Part shown: piece by piece, positions 19,942 to 29,570 of the stretch
How positions within the stretch are numbered: position 1 is the stretch's first letter
How the letters are laid out: the number at the start of each line of letters is the position of its first letter
NCBI GenBank assembly: GCA_041601615.1
Contig: JBFIHX010000001.1
Location: 64,001-128,000, forward strand
From: Thermoplasmatota archaeon
GTDB lineage: Archaea; Thermoplasmatota; E2; JACPAO01; JAHFTW01
Reading direction: 5' to 3'
DNA length: 64,000 bases
Made by a program: the position numbers and the translations under genes
Notes under the pieces: model-generated
Databases searched by the model: none
What the model saw: the letters and a program-made list of their open reading frames with translations, nothing else
What the model was told of the DNA's origin: nothing

Positions 19942-22134
19942 TCAAAGCGGCACCATCGCGTCCAGTGCTTGCGCAAGCCGCTTCGCGTAGTGCCTGCGAT
20001 CAATGGCGGGCGCCCGTACTCCCGGCAATCCCAGGGGTGCCACGCGCTGTGCTTCTGGGATTCCCGGGCCACCGCGCTGCACCACGTACTGGACGCGTTG
20101 GCCCGGTTGCACGTCGCAGCCAGCACGTCGCAGGGTTCGCAATGCGGCGGCGGTGAGGGTGTTGGCCTTGTAGTGGTCTGGGTCGCGGGTGACGGTGATG
20201 GTGACGGCAAGATCCGCTAGGGGGACGCGGCCGGCTTCTAGGTCGGCAAGAAACGGGTGGGTGGCGGCGCGGGCGCGGGGCAGGGCGGCGCGGAACTCGT
20301 TTTCCGTGCGTGCTTCGGCTAGAACTTCGAGGACCGCTTCGATGGCCTTGGACAACCAGGGCGGCGAGTCGTGGCGGCGCGTGGCGATGCCGCGTTGCTT
20401 GACGATGCCTTGGTCGTTGCAGGCGTAGTAGCGATTGGGGGCTCCGACGAGGGGACCGTGGGTTTTGGCGGAGAGCGTTACCATCCAACGGTAGTGGTCT
20501 TCTACGTCCAGGGGCACGCCGACGGCTTGGGTGATGGCGCGGGCGAGGCGGTTGGCATCGGTGCGCGTGGCGCCTGGTTTGTGCAAAAATAGGCTGTCTG
20601 TGAGGCCGTGTACGAGGTTCCAGCCGTCTCGTTCGGCGACTTCGCGGGCAGTGGTCATGCCTTCGCGGCCGCCTGCTTGGATGGCTTGGTGTACTTCGGC
20701 GCAGCCGTATCGGGCGTGTTTGTAGCGAGCGTACCCGAAGCAGACGACGCCGATGGCCTTCAACTCGGACTTGATTGCCTTGGCCCAGGCCATGCGGTCC
20801 GGGTCTACGTCGCGGCGTCGCTCTAGGGCCTTGACGTAGCGCCGATGCAGCACGAATGGCTCCAGGGCGCCTGATTGGTGGCCTTGGCGGCGGGCGCAAA
20901 AGTGCGCTCCGAGGTCCGGCACCATGTCTGCGTCGGGGCAGCAATCGCAGTTGAGCGTGTCTGAGGAAAGGTTGCGTGAGACAATCAGACTCGGGTAGTA
21001 AGCGCCAAAATCCAATTCCCATACGTCTTCGTAGACGCCGGGCATCGGAACGTGTACCTGGCCGCCTCGGTCCACGGCGGCGAGCGTCGAGAGCGACTTC
21101 CAGCCCTCCACGAGGTTGCGTTTCCACGGTACCGCGACGCTGGCGGCTTGGGCGCGGTCGATGTGGATTTGTTGGATGCAGTAGCCGGGTGAGTGGGTGC
21201 TTACGGATTGGGCGCCTCGGTTGCTGATGCGCGACAGGTAGACGAGTCCGTGCAGGGTGTTGCGTGGGGCGCTGTCTTGCAGGAATTTGGATTTCTGGTC
21301 GATGTGCAGGCGGCCTTTGAGGTCCCAGGAGGCGGCGCGGTAGACCATTTGGCCGTAGGTGCTGAAGGATTGCTCCGGTTGCGCGGGGCGACGGGGGTCT
21401 GGGTCGCGGCCGAGGCGCACACGGGCATGGAGACCGGTGGTTTGGATGCGTTCCAGGAGCAAGGGCACGGTGCCGGTGTGGCCGTTGCGTGTCAGAAGAA
21501 CGTCTGGGTCAAGATCTGCAAGCACGCGGGCCAACGCAAGAAGGGCGTCTCGTTCTGCCGCCGCGTCCGAGCCCTTGCCGTCGTTGCTGGGATGCAGTTC
21601 TTCGCCGTCCACTTGCACCGACGTAAGCCCGCCGCCGGGGGCGGCTTCGGCGTGGATGCGCACCGCCACCAGGTCCGGCCAGCGATAATCGAGTCCGTAG
21701 CGATCTTCGCTTGGGATCGGCAGGAGTGTGCCGGGTTGCAGCGCACAAAACGGGAACAGTCCCGCCTGCCGCATCCAGCGTGACTCGACTGGATGATCTA
21801 CGTCGAAGATGTGCAACGCCGTGACTCCAAGGGCTCGCCGCAGGTCCGTGGCCACTTTGTGCATGTCCTGATAGCGCCGTGTGCGCACCCGCAGCACCGC
21901 GTGCAGAGGTCCGTTCAGTTCCAAGCGCGAGCGGCCTGGCCAGACCCGCGCCACGTCCGGGTGGGCTTGCAGCCATGCCTCGGCGTCCTTCAGAGTCCCT
22001 TGTCTGGCTGCGACGGTGAACGGTGCCTCGAAGGGCACGGAGGTGGCTTCAGGCCGTGAGCCGCGCTTGGTCCACACTCGGAGGTGCTTGCCATCCCGCG
22101 AGGGGTAGGCATCCAGCAAGAATTCCAAAGGCAT
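19942..22134 (-). CDS. polB2: Family B DNA polymerase, PolB2-like (exonuclease motifs degenerate)
   Basis: Motif A DFGAYYPS, motif B K...VVCFGY, motif C HGLTDS, NRYY, RGIATRR.D.P; GAGGTG before ATG 22134. Confidence 0.88.
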   Translation of the reverse strand: MPLEFLLDAYPSRDGKHLRVWTKRGSRPEATSVPFEAPFTVAARQGTLKDAEAWLQAHPDVARVWPGRSRLELNGPLHAVLRVRTRRYQDMHKVATDLRRALGVTALHIFDVDHPVESRWMRQAGLFPFCALQPGTLLPIPSEDRYGLDYRWPDLVAVRIHAEAAPGGGLTSVQVDGEELHPSNDGKGSDAAAERDALLALARVLADLDPDVLLTRNGHTGTVPLLLERIQTTGLHARVRLGRDPDPRRPAQPEQSFSTYGQMVYRAASWDLKGRLHIDQKSKFLQDSAPRNTLHGLVYLSRISNRGAQSVSTHSPGYCIQQIHIDRAQAASVAVPWKRNLVEGWKSLSTLAAVDRGGQVHVPMPGVYEDVWELDFGAYYPSLIVSRNLSSDTLNCDCCPDADMVPDLGAHFCARRQGHQSGALEPFVLHRRYVKALERRRDVDPDRMAWAKAIKSELKAIGVVCFGYARYKHARYGCAEVHQAIQAGGREGMTTAREVAERDGWNLVHGLTDSLFLHKPGATRTDANRLARAITQAVGVPLDVEDHYRWMVTLSAKTHGPLVGAPNRYYACNDQGIVKQRGIATRRHDSPPWLSKAIEAVLEVLAEARTENEFRAALPRARAATHPFLADLEAGRVPLADLAVTITVTRDPDHYKANTLTAAALRTLRRAGCDVQPGQRVQYVVQRGGPGIPEAQRVAPLGLPGVRAPAIDRRHYAKRLAQALDAMVPL

Positions 22135-22399
22135 CACCTCCTGCGTGCTGTTCGAGTCGATCCACGCGCTCCAGGAGGGCCCGGTTCTGGGCTTGGGTGT
22201 GCAGCAGCATGGACAGCAGGATGTTGGAGCGCGGGTCCATGTCGCCGGCACGGTTGCGGGCGGCGGCGGTGCGGTAGGAGGCCTGCAACAATTCGTCGTA
22301 GGCAGCGCGCAGGTCGCGGGGAAGTTCGCGGCGGAACGAGGAGAGGCGGGATTCGAAGTCGGCGACTTCGCGAGTCGGGGTGGGAACGCTCTGGCCCAT
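22049..22399 (-). CDS. Small helical PolB2-associated protein
   Basis: MGQSVPT...FRRELP..LR..YD.L...DP...ILLSMLL pattern typical of the small gene preceding archaeal polB2. Confidence 0.7.
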   Translation of the reverse strand: MGQSVPTPTREVADFESRLSSFRRELPRDLRAAYDELLQASYRTAAARNRAGDMDPRSNILLSMLLHTQAQNRALLERVDRLEQHAGGDAFGILAGCLPLAGWQAPPSVDQARLTA

Positions 22400-22553
22400 G
22401 AGAGTAGCTATGTCGGGCCTATTGGATGGGGGTGGCGCCGGGAGGGGGCAGAAACGGGCAAAGACGGCGACGAGGCCTTGCATCCTGTTTGTGGGGCAAA
22501 GGCCGGGGAGAAGCGCCATGGATATGTGGGAAAAGCCTGCGCGGCCCCGATTT

Positions 22554-23249
22554 TTATCGAGTGAAAGCACGATGGGGTCGCAGGGGCGCGGGGCCCGAAA
22601 CCGATACGGGAACGACCCTGCGCGGTTCAGGCACGAGGTAGTCGGTGATGCGCCTCTGCGCTGTCCTTGGCCGCACCAGCACCGTCCCGTCTTGGTCCGT
22701 GACGCGCCAGCCGCGGCCTTCTACGACAACGTGCCGTCGTTCGGGCACCGCCTGGGTGATTCGTGTGGCGAGCAGGGGTGCGCGTCGGCTGAAGCGGGCC
22801 AAGTCCAGACTCCACAGCATCGGTACGCCGTGGGCGCGGGCGAGGCGGTGTGCGGCGGCGATGTGGGCGTCGAGGTACTGTTCCTGTTCCCAGTCTGTGG
22901 TTTCCTCGCGAAGCAATTGCGCATCAAATGGGGCCGCCACCACGAGGCCGGCCTGGATCGCGTGCAGTTGTTGTTCGAGGCCCTCTGTGAGGCAAGCATC
23001 CCATTGGAACGGCGTCATGGCGCGGCGAATCAGGGTCCGTTCGGCGCCATGGTCGGCGCTGCAGCCGTGCATGAGGTGTTGGAAACCCACTTGGTGTGGG
23101 TCGATGCAGTGGGCGCCGTCGAGCACCAACACGGCGTCGGGGGTGGCGTGGGTGGCGTCGGCCAGGAGTGCGTGGTGGAAGGCGCGCAGGCTGCGTCGGT
23201 CGCCTGTCAGGAGCACGGGTGCGGCGGGAAGGTCTCCGAGCCACGCCAT
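22554..23249 (-). CDS. Inactivated RecA/RadA-fold protein associated with PolB2 (ImuA-like)
   Basis: Degenerate P-loop (LLTGDRRS), VLVLDGAHCIDP, IRRAMTPFQ, C-terminal QRRITDY. Confidence 0.72.
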   Translation of the reverse strand: MAWLGDLPAAPVLLTGDRRSLRAFHHALLADATHATPDAVLVLDGAHCIDPHQVGFQHLMHGCSADHGAERTLIRRAMTPFQWDACLTEGLEQQLHAIQAGLVVAAPFDAQLLREETTDWEQEQYLDAHIAAAHRLARAHGVPMLWSLDLARFSRRAPLLATRITQAVPERRHVVVEGRGWRVTDQDGTVLVRPRTAQRRITDYLVPEPRRVVPVSVSGPAPLRPHRAFTR

Positions 23250-23492
23250 AGAATGGGTTTGGTTCGATGCGGACAAGGAACTTGGGGCAGGGTGCGTGAA
23301 ACTAGATTGGTGCCCGAAGGACGCCAGAAAGAGGCAAGAAAGCGGCCAGGGGAGCCGGCTCAGCCTCGGATGGATGCCTATGCGGCGTGTTGGCGTCCAT
23401 TTTGCTTCCGCCCGCGCCCCAGCCTTGTCCCTGTAGCGGTATTACCCTGCCTTGCTGAGCTTTGATTGGGCACATCAGCCCGGGTGAACATC

Positions 23493-24149
23493 ATGAAGCG
23501 CGTACAAAACAGCAAAAAGATCCTCCTGACGACGAGTCTCCTTCTCGGCTTTTTCCTCGTCAGCGTCCCGACTGCGTCTGCGGGGGACAAGTGCGTAGAA
23601 ATCAACTTCCAGTACACGGACGGCCACAGCGATGTGGGCAAGTTCTGTGAGGGCAACGACATCGAATCCGGCTTGCACGTGGACTCTCTGCACGTCTCCT
23701 GCTCGGACAAGTTCATCGGCGGAGTTGGCCAGAAGAGCGACCTTGCCGGCCACACCATTGACACTTGGGTCATTGTAAAGCTGGACAAAGATGGCGAAGT
23801 GGACAAGATCTGCGGCTCCGAGCCTGAAGACGAGTGCCCGACCCTGACGGCAACCCTGCAAGCAAACGGCGACGTGCTCCTAGAGTTTGACGAGGTCAAG
23901 AAGAACCAGAAACTGTACCGCTCCGATGACGGCGGGGACTTCGAAGAAATCGTCAAGCTCGACGAGGACGCAACGAGCTATCTCGACACGGACACGGATG
24001 ACGGAGTTACCTACGTCTACAGCTTCGACAAGAAGGGCGAATGCCCCGCTGAAGTGACCCAGATCCCCGTGTTCCCGACGCTGCTGGCCGCTGGCCTCGC
24101 AGTCATTGGCAGCAGCCTTGCCTACGCTGGCCTGCGCCGCCGCAAGTAG
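23493..24149 (+). CDS. Secreted acidic protein with FN3-like domain and PEF-CTERM-like tail (IPVFP-TM-RRRK)
   Basis: Signal peptide ending ASA, LYRS.DGG...SYLDT...G.TYVY, C-terminal IPVFPTLLAAGLAVIGSSLAYAGLRRRK. Confidence 0.75.
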   Translation: MKRVQNSKKILLTTSLLLGFFLVSVPTASAGDKCVEINFQYTDGHSDVGKFCEGNDIESGLHVDSLHVSCSDKFIGGVGQKSDLAGHTIDTWVIVKLDKDGEVDKICGSEPEDECPTLTATLQANGDVLLEFDEVKKNQKLYRSDDGGDFEEIVKLDEDATSYLDTDTDDGVTYVYSFDKKGECPAEVTQIPVFPTLLAAGLAVIGSSLAYAGLRRRK

Positions 24150-24241
24150 ACCCCTGCTCCCGGACGCAGCCCACAGCTCGCCGCCCGACACGGGTTCGCT
24201 CTTGTCGGTTCCGGCGGCTCTTCTTCCCTTTCTCTTAAATC

Positions 24242-25885
24242 ATGGAGACGGGGTCATCCGAATTGGACGGCATCCTCTTGGGCCTGGAATTCGACTCCTC
24301 CGACCCCCTCGTCGTCTTTGGCGCCGTGGCGGGCATCATCTTCCTGGGTTTCCTGGGCAACCTCGTGTTCTCCCGCTTCAAGCTCAACGACACGCTCTTG
24401 TTGATTCTGGTGGGGGTAATTCTTGGGCCCCTGCTTGGCTACCTAGAACCCACGACATTGCAGAGCCTGAGCAACATCGTGGGCCCCTTGGCTCTGATTC
24501 TCATTCTGTTTGACGGCGGCCTCGCGCTGAACTTGCGCGACTTGGTGCATGGTCTTGGCAACGCGACGGTTCTGGGTCTTGTGTCGTTCGTGGCGACCAC
24601 AGGCCTCGTGGGTCTCGTGGTGGCCACCGCGCTGGGCATTCCATTCACCACGGCGCTCATCCTTGGCGCCATTCTGGGCGGCACCTCCGCACTCGTGGTC
24701 TTGCCGAGCCTGGAACACATGAACGTCGAGAAGCGCACGGGTACGGTCCTAGGCCTCGAATCGGCACTGACGGATGTGCTCGTGGTGGTCGTGAGTTTCA
24801 CGCTCATCAGCATCGTCGCAGCGGGCACCGCCATGACAACGGGCGTGGGCGAGAACCTCACCGCTGCACTGGACGGAGCATCGGGGCCCTCCTTCGACGC
24901 CCAAGGCATCGCCTCGAAGCTGCTGATTACGTTTGCCATGAGCCTCTTCATGGGCATCGCGGCCGGCCTCGTCTGGCTCGTTCTCTATCCCAGGGTCCGT
25001 GAGAAGGCGTTCGGATACATGCTCACGCTGGGCTTCATGTTCAGCTTGTACGTCTTCGTGGAGTGGATCCTTGGCGACGTCAGCAGCGGCGGTGGCCCCT
25101 TGGCGGTGTTGGCCTTTGGCATCATGCTGGGCAACTATGACCGATTGGGCAAAATCGCATTCAGCCTTGGCGACGAGTTTGGCCGAGGCATGAAGCGGTT
25201 CCAAGGCGAAATCAGCTTCCTGGTGCGCACGTTCTTCTTCATTTTCCTCGGCGCCATAGTGGACTTGAGCCTGCTTCGAGACTGGTGGACCCTTGCCGTT
25301 GGTGTGCTCATCTTCGGTGCCTTGGGTGTCGCTCGCTATGTGGCGGTGGTGGCAACCACGCGCCGCGTGCGTTTGGCCGGCGACGACCTCGTATTGCTTT
25401 GCATGATGCCCCGAGGCCTTGCCGCAGCCGTTCTTGCCGCAGAACCCGCCAAGGAATTGATTCCAGGCACGGATCGGTTCGTGGCGCTGGCCTTCATCAT
25501 CCTGGTCTTGAGCAATGTGCTTGCCACCGTGGCCGGCATGGCACTGCAAGGAGGCTCCGACGGTGCCGCACCGAACAAACCGCGACCCACCACGGCTCCC
25601 GCCGGCCCCCGAGCGCCGGCCAAGAGCACCAAGGCAGCCCCGAAGTCCACCAAGGCACGAGCGGCACCTGCAAAATCAGCTCCAAAGAGCCCTGCCAAGG
25701 CCACGCCGGCCCGCAAGGCCTCGGGCGCTGGATCAATCGCTGTAACCAGTGCACCCGCTTCCAAGGCCCCCGCCAAACAAACCGAATCGGGTGCCACATC
25801 GGCCTCCAAATCGTCCACCTTCAAGCTGAGCGGCGAGACGGAAGCTGGGCTCGAAAAACTGGGCCGCCGCAGCGACCGTCGCTAG
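24242..25885 (+). CDS. CPA1 (NhaP-like) cation:proton antiporter with Ala/Lys/Pro-rich C-terminal tail
   Basis: ILFDGG, GGTS, LESALTD, FFFIFLG, PRGLAAAVLA. Confidence 0.9.
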   Translation: METGSSELDGILLGLEFDSSDPLVVFGAVAGIIFLGFLGNLVFSRFKLNDTLLLILVGVILGPLLGYLEPTTLQSLSNIVGPLALILILFDGGLALNLRDLVHGLGNATVLGLVSFVATTGLVGLVVATALGIPFTTALILGAILGGTSALVVLPSLEHMNVEKRTGTVLGLESALTDVLVVVVSFTLISIVAAGTAMTTGVGENLTAALDGASGPSFDAQGIASKLLITFAMSLFMGIAAGLVWLVLYPRVREKAFGYMLTLGFMFSLYVFVEWILGDVSSGGGPLAVLAFGIMLGNYDRLGKIAFSLGDEFGRGMKRFQGEISFLVRTFFFIFLGAIVDLSLLRDWWTLAVGVLIFGALGVARYVAVVATTRRVRLAGDDLVLLCMMPRGLAAAVLAAEPAKELIPGTDRFVALAFIILVLSNVLATVAGMALQGGSDGAAPNKPRPTTAPAGPRAPAKSTKAAPKSTKARAAPAKSAPKSPAKATPARKASGAGSIAVTSAPASKAPAKQTESGATSASKSSTFKLSGETEAGLEKLGRRSDRR

Positions 25886-25921
25886 CCAAAGCCGGAACGG
25901 GCACGCGCTGGATGGATCGGA

Positions 25922-27349
25922 CTAGGCCAACGCGATGTTGATGGTGGAGATCTTCAGGTTGATCTGCACATCGTGCGTCGTGGAGGCGGCACTGCTGCCT
26001 TCGACTCGCATTTGCACGCCGGTCGCGGTGTTCGTGACTGAGTACTGCTGCGGGAACGTCAGTCCTGCATCGGCAAGGGTGCGGGTCAGGAACTCGTTCC
26101 AAACATCGGGGTATTCGGTGTCGATGTTGTAGGTGAAGCGGGGCCCTGTGCCGAGGATGTCTGAAACTTGCACAGCTTGGGTCACGACCGAGGCAGAACT
26201 GCGCCCGCCCACTGCATCGCCGCTGCCCTTGTACACAGGTTGTGTGAATTGCACCAGGGTCATGGCGCCCACCCGTTCCACCAAAAACTGGGGCTCCAAG
26301 ATCATGGAGGCGCCTTCTGGTTGGACGATGATCAGGGCGCCGTTTTCCAGGATGAGCGTTGCCTCGGGCAATTGCTGGTAGGGAATCTTGAACGTCAACC
26401 GGCCGCCTTGGTGGTTTTCTAGGTAGTTGCTGATGGTGGACCCGGTGCCGCCTCCCACGAACACCTCTTGGCCTTCCGTGGATCGCGTCACATAGGTTGC
26501 CGAGTATTCCACCGTCGGCCATTTGTTTCCGTCCAATTCGGGGAAACCATAGGTCAATTCGAAGGAAAACGGCGCCTTGGCAGCATCAAGGACCTGCTGG
26601 AAGGGCCAACTGGGGTCCAGGGCGTCGATCCAGAACCGGTTGTGTTCCTTGTACTTCACGTCCGCCGCCAACTCCTGGTCCACGAGGACTTCGCCGGTGG
26701 AGGTGATGATGCGCACCCAGAGGTCGTCTTTGTCTTTCTCGGGAACGTACGCCCGGAATGCCCCTGCAAAATTGCCGGTGTCGTCGGTGATGTCCAACTG
26801 CACGAATGCCTTCTTTTTCAGTTCCAGTTTCTCAGCAGTGGGGCCCGTGAGACGGATGCGCAGCGATTCGATGCGCTCGATGTCTTCCACCGTGCTGCTG
26901 CCGCTGGAGGTTGCCCACTGTTCATTCAAGACGCCCAAGTTCTTGCCGTTGCGGTGCACGAGCCGCAACTCAGGCGCCCAGGCACTTGTGTTGATGGTGC
27001 TGGAGCGAAATTCAATGGTCCCTGGTTCGCTGCTGGCGGCAAACAAGCCGGTTCGTTCCGGTGGCGACAGGCGCACGGGATTGGAAACGGGGCTCAAGGT
27101 GCGGTTTTCAGATTGCTTTTCACTCTGGGCCTTCAAGTCTGCAAATTGGCTGATGACCCCATCAAGGTGGGCAGCTTCGCGGTCTTCGGCCCAGCGTGGT
27201 TGGTAGTCGGTTTGGACTTGCACCATGAATGTGAAGCCGAGGGCCACGACGAGGATTGCGCCTAGGATCGTGGATGTGGCGTCGTCGCGGTCCGTCCGAT
27301 TGGAGCGGTGCGGGCGGGCCGGGCGATGCGATCGAGATGCGCTCGTCAT
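25922..27349 (-). CDS. Archaeal type IV pilin-like protein (DUF7289-like)
   Basis: Class III-like signal DDA|TSTILGAILVVAL followed by QTDYQP.W....E..H; ENGALI.Q segment. Confidence 0.7.
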   Translation of the reverse strand: MTSASRSHRPARPHRSNRTDRDDATSTILGAILVVALGFTFMVQVQTDYQPRWAEDREAAHLDGVISQFADLKAQSEKQSENRTLSPVSNPVRLSPPERTGLFAASSEPGTIEFRSSTINTSAWAPELRLVHRNGKNLGVLNEQWATSSGSSTVEDIERIESLRIRLTGPTAEKLELKKKAFVQLDITDDTGNFAGAFRAYVPEKDKDDLWVRIITSTGEVLVDQELAADVKYKEHNRFWIDALDPSWPFQQVLDAAKAPFSFELTYGFPELDGNKWPTVEYSATYVTRSTEGQEVFVGGGTGSTISNYLENHQGGRLTFKIPYQQLPEATLILENGALIIVQPEGASMILEPQFLVERVGAMTLVQFTQPVYKGSGDAVGGRSSASVVTQAVQVSDILGTGPRFTYNIDTEYPDVWNEFLTRTLADAGLTFPQQYSVTNTATGVQMRVEGSSAASTTHDVQINLKISTINIALA

Positions 27350-29061
27350 GAGGTCACCCGGGCATATTCGATGTGTAGATTGGCTGGCGTGCCGGGGTCA
27401 TTTTGGAGGCTGCGGAAGCGAATCTTGGTGTCGCCGTTGTTCCATTCATTGGCGTTGATGGCGAGCGTCCAAGGTTGCAGGGAGGCAGAATTCAGCACAG
27501 ATCCTCGGTCGTACCAAGTGCTGGCGCCGGAATCCCAGATTTGCACGCGGAAGGAGCCGCCGTCCACGAGGTAGTTCAGTTCGAGGTTGTGGTTGGCGCT
27601 GGCAGGAATGCCTTGCCAATGGAACTCGATGTTCATGTCGTAGCCGGGCCCGTGGTCGACCTCTGCCCAGAGGGCGTTGAGGAGCCAGTCGCCGTCGTTC
27701 TGGTTGAATTTTACGGGGTCGAAGACGACCTTGGGGTAGGCGCGGACGGTCAATTGGTTGATGTCGGTCCAGGTCCAGGGGCCTCCGCCGGGGCGTTTGT
27801 TGGTGATGTCGTAGGAGAACGTAGACTCGGTCGGTTGCTTGGTGGCTGCAAGCACGCCGCTGACCTGGGTGCAGCCGCCGGCGGTGCAGGCGTTGAGTTG
27901 CCAGCCGTCGTTGACGTGGTTGTTGATGTAGCCAGAGCCCTTGACGACGACGCGGAGGATCTGATTGGAGCTCGGCGCGGCGTCCGGGAGGCTCAGTTCG
28001 AGCGGGGAGCTTACAGATTGCTTGTACTTGGCGTACTTGTTGTTGAGGCCGTCTGCGGCGCGGTCCGGGCTCTCCCAGTCCTGGCTGTAGACGACGGTGT
28101 TGCCGTACAAGGTCACGGTGCCACCCGTGCCGCCCCCGGGGCCCTCCGTGAGGATGGCGGCGGCATTCAGGTCGTCGGGGTTCTTGGCGGCGTCCAGGTT
28201 CGTGTGGGTCCCGATGATGTTGACTGCCGAGTCCACGTAGGTGCGGGTGGGGGGGATCGGTTCGATGTAGTCCGAGGCGACGGCGGAATTGCCAACGTTG
28301 CCAAGCACGTCGGCCATGCCCTTGGCTTGGTAGTTCAGTGTCTGGGTGGCCACCGTGGCCCAGCCACCCACGGGGGGTTGGATGGACGCGGTCCAGACGT
28401 TGCCTCCCTGGGGCGTCATGACCAGGGGAGAGCCGAGGCCTAGGTTGAATTCTAGCGTCGGGTTCGCGGTTTCGTCCACGGGGTTGCAAGTATCGATCAG
28501 GAACGCAGTGACGTTGAGGGGAGAGAGGCCGGTGAGCGCTTCGAGGTTGGCCGGTTCTTGCGAGAAGACCGCGGTGGGCGGCGTTTCGTCATCCACGCAG
28601 GACGTTTGTCCGGTAACCACCGAGATCGAGGAGAGAAGCCTCGAACCTCCGCCGTGCGGTACCGCAAACGAGATGGTAATCTGGTCGTTGAAGTTCATCG
28701 GTTGCTGGTAGGACCATGTTTCGCCGAGATCGAGAAAGCCGTCGGTGAACGCTAGATCGACGTCCGAGATGCGTTTCGCGACGCCGTTTTGCGTGATGAT
28801 GACGCTGCTGCCGAATTCGTCGATGCTTTCACCAAACATGTGCCGGATGCGAATTTGTTCGTCGCCGGTTCCCCACAACTGGTCCGGTCCGGGGTGAACC
28901 TCGGTCTTGAGGCTGGCGTGGAGTTGGTCCGGCGGGCCCGGCAGGCTGGCGATGAGCAGTCCGAGTCCGATGAAGCTCGACACGGTGATGGCCACAAGCA
29001 GGATGCTCCCTACGACGTCGGACACGCCAGAATCATCCTGATGCCATCCATGACGGTGCAC
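27346..29061 (-). CDS. Large type IV pilin with Pilin_N (DUF1628) head and appended beta-rich domains
   Basis: DDSG|VSDVVGSILLVAITV, I.H.FGESI, F.LGETW; TATA-like CTATAA about 25 nt upstream of GTG 29061. Confidence 0.8.
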   Translation of the reverse strand: MHRHGWHQDDSGVSDVVGSILLVAITVSSFIGLGLLIASLPGPPDQLHASLKTEVHPGPDQLWGTGDEQIRIRHMFGESIDEFGSSVIITQNGVAKRISDVDLAFTDGFLDLGETWSYQQPMNFNDQITISFAVPHGGGSRLLSSISVVTGQTSCVDDETPPTAVFSQEPANLEALTGLSPLNVTAFLIDTCNPVDETANPTLEFNLGLGSPLVMTPQGGNVWTASIQPPVGGWATVATQTLNYQAKGMADVLGNVGNSAVASDYIEPIPPTRTYVDSAVNIIGTHTNLDAAKNPDDLNAAAILTEGPGGGTGGTVTLYGNTVVYSQDWESPDRAADGLNNKYAKYKQSVSSPLELSLPDAAPSSNQILRVVVKGSGYINNHVNDGWQLNACTAGGCTQVSGVLAATKQPTESTFSYDITNKRPGGGPWTWTDINQLTVRAYPKVVFDPVKFNQNDGDWLLNALWAEVDHGPGYDMNIEFHWQGIPASANHNLELNYLVDGGSFRVQIWDSGASTWYDRGSVLNSASLQPWTLAINANEWNNGDTKIRFRSLQNDPGTPANLHIEYARVTS

Positions 29062-29201
29062 GTGTGTCAAGTTGCGTGCCGAGGTTATAGCCCATTCCTG
29101 CAAGGTTCGTTGCCCGTGTTCGCTCTTGGGGTCTCCGGGGAGAGTTGCGACCAGGGGCGTTGGTCCCCGGCATGGCTGCTTGAAATAGCGGCCGAGGCGG
29201 T

Positions 29202-29570
29202 TCAGGAGACGTTCTGGACGAGATGCAGGTCCACAATTCGTGCCTCGGGGGCACCAAGAGCGTGCCGGATGCACAGCAAGGCTGCCGATGCGCCGGTGAG
29301 CGCGTGCGTGTCCAAGTCCATGCGAGAGTACCCTTGAACGGTGACAGTGACCTCGAGGCCTTCGGATGCAGGCAGCACTAGGGTTTCTACATGCGTCGGA
29401 TGCAAACCGTGGACGCCAGGAATTTCGTCGGCGCGCTTGACGGCCCACTCGGCGGCGGCCTCGGCGCGTCCAAGGTCGGCCCCCAGCTCAGATTCGGTGG
29501 GGAACCCTTCCAGGCGGCCGCGTGCGACGCTCATGCGGCGCGTGGGGGCTTCGTCGGTTCGGTCACGCAT
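29202..29570 (-). CDS. Divergent, shortened MoaC-fold protein
   Basis: R.SVARGR, AAAEWAVKR..EIP..H, V.VTV, HALTGASAALL.I, I.D.HL track the MoaC pattern; overlaps upstream stop. Confidence 0.55.
   Translation of the reverse strand: MRDRTDEAPTRRMSVARGRLEGFPTESELGADLGRAEAAAEWAVKRADEIPGVHGLHPTHVETLVLPASEGLEVTVTVQGYSRMDLDTHALTGASAALLCIRHALGAPEARIVDLHLVQNVS

Noticed and set aside
23290-23310. AGTTTC upstream of the PolB2 cassette (minus strand), like the Sulfolobus UV-responsive ANTTTC motif
   Set aside because: A single 6-mer is expected by chance, and the motif is defined in a distant lineage
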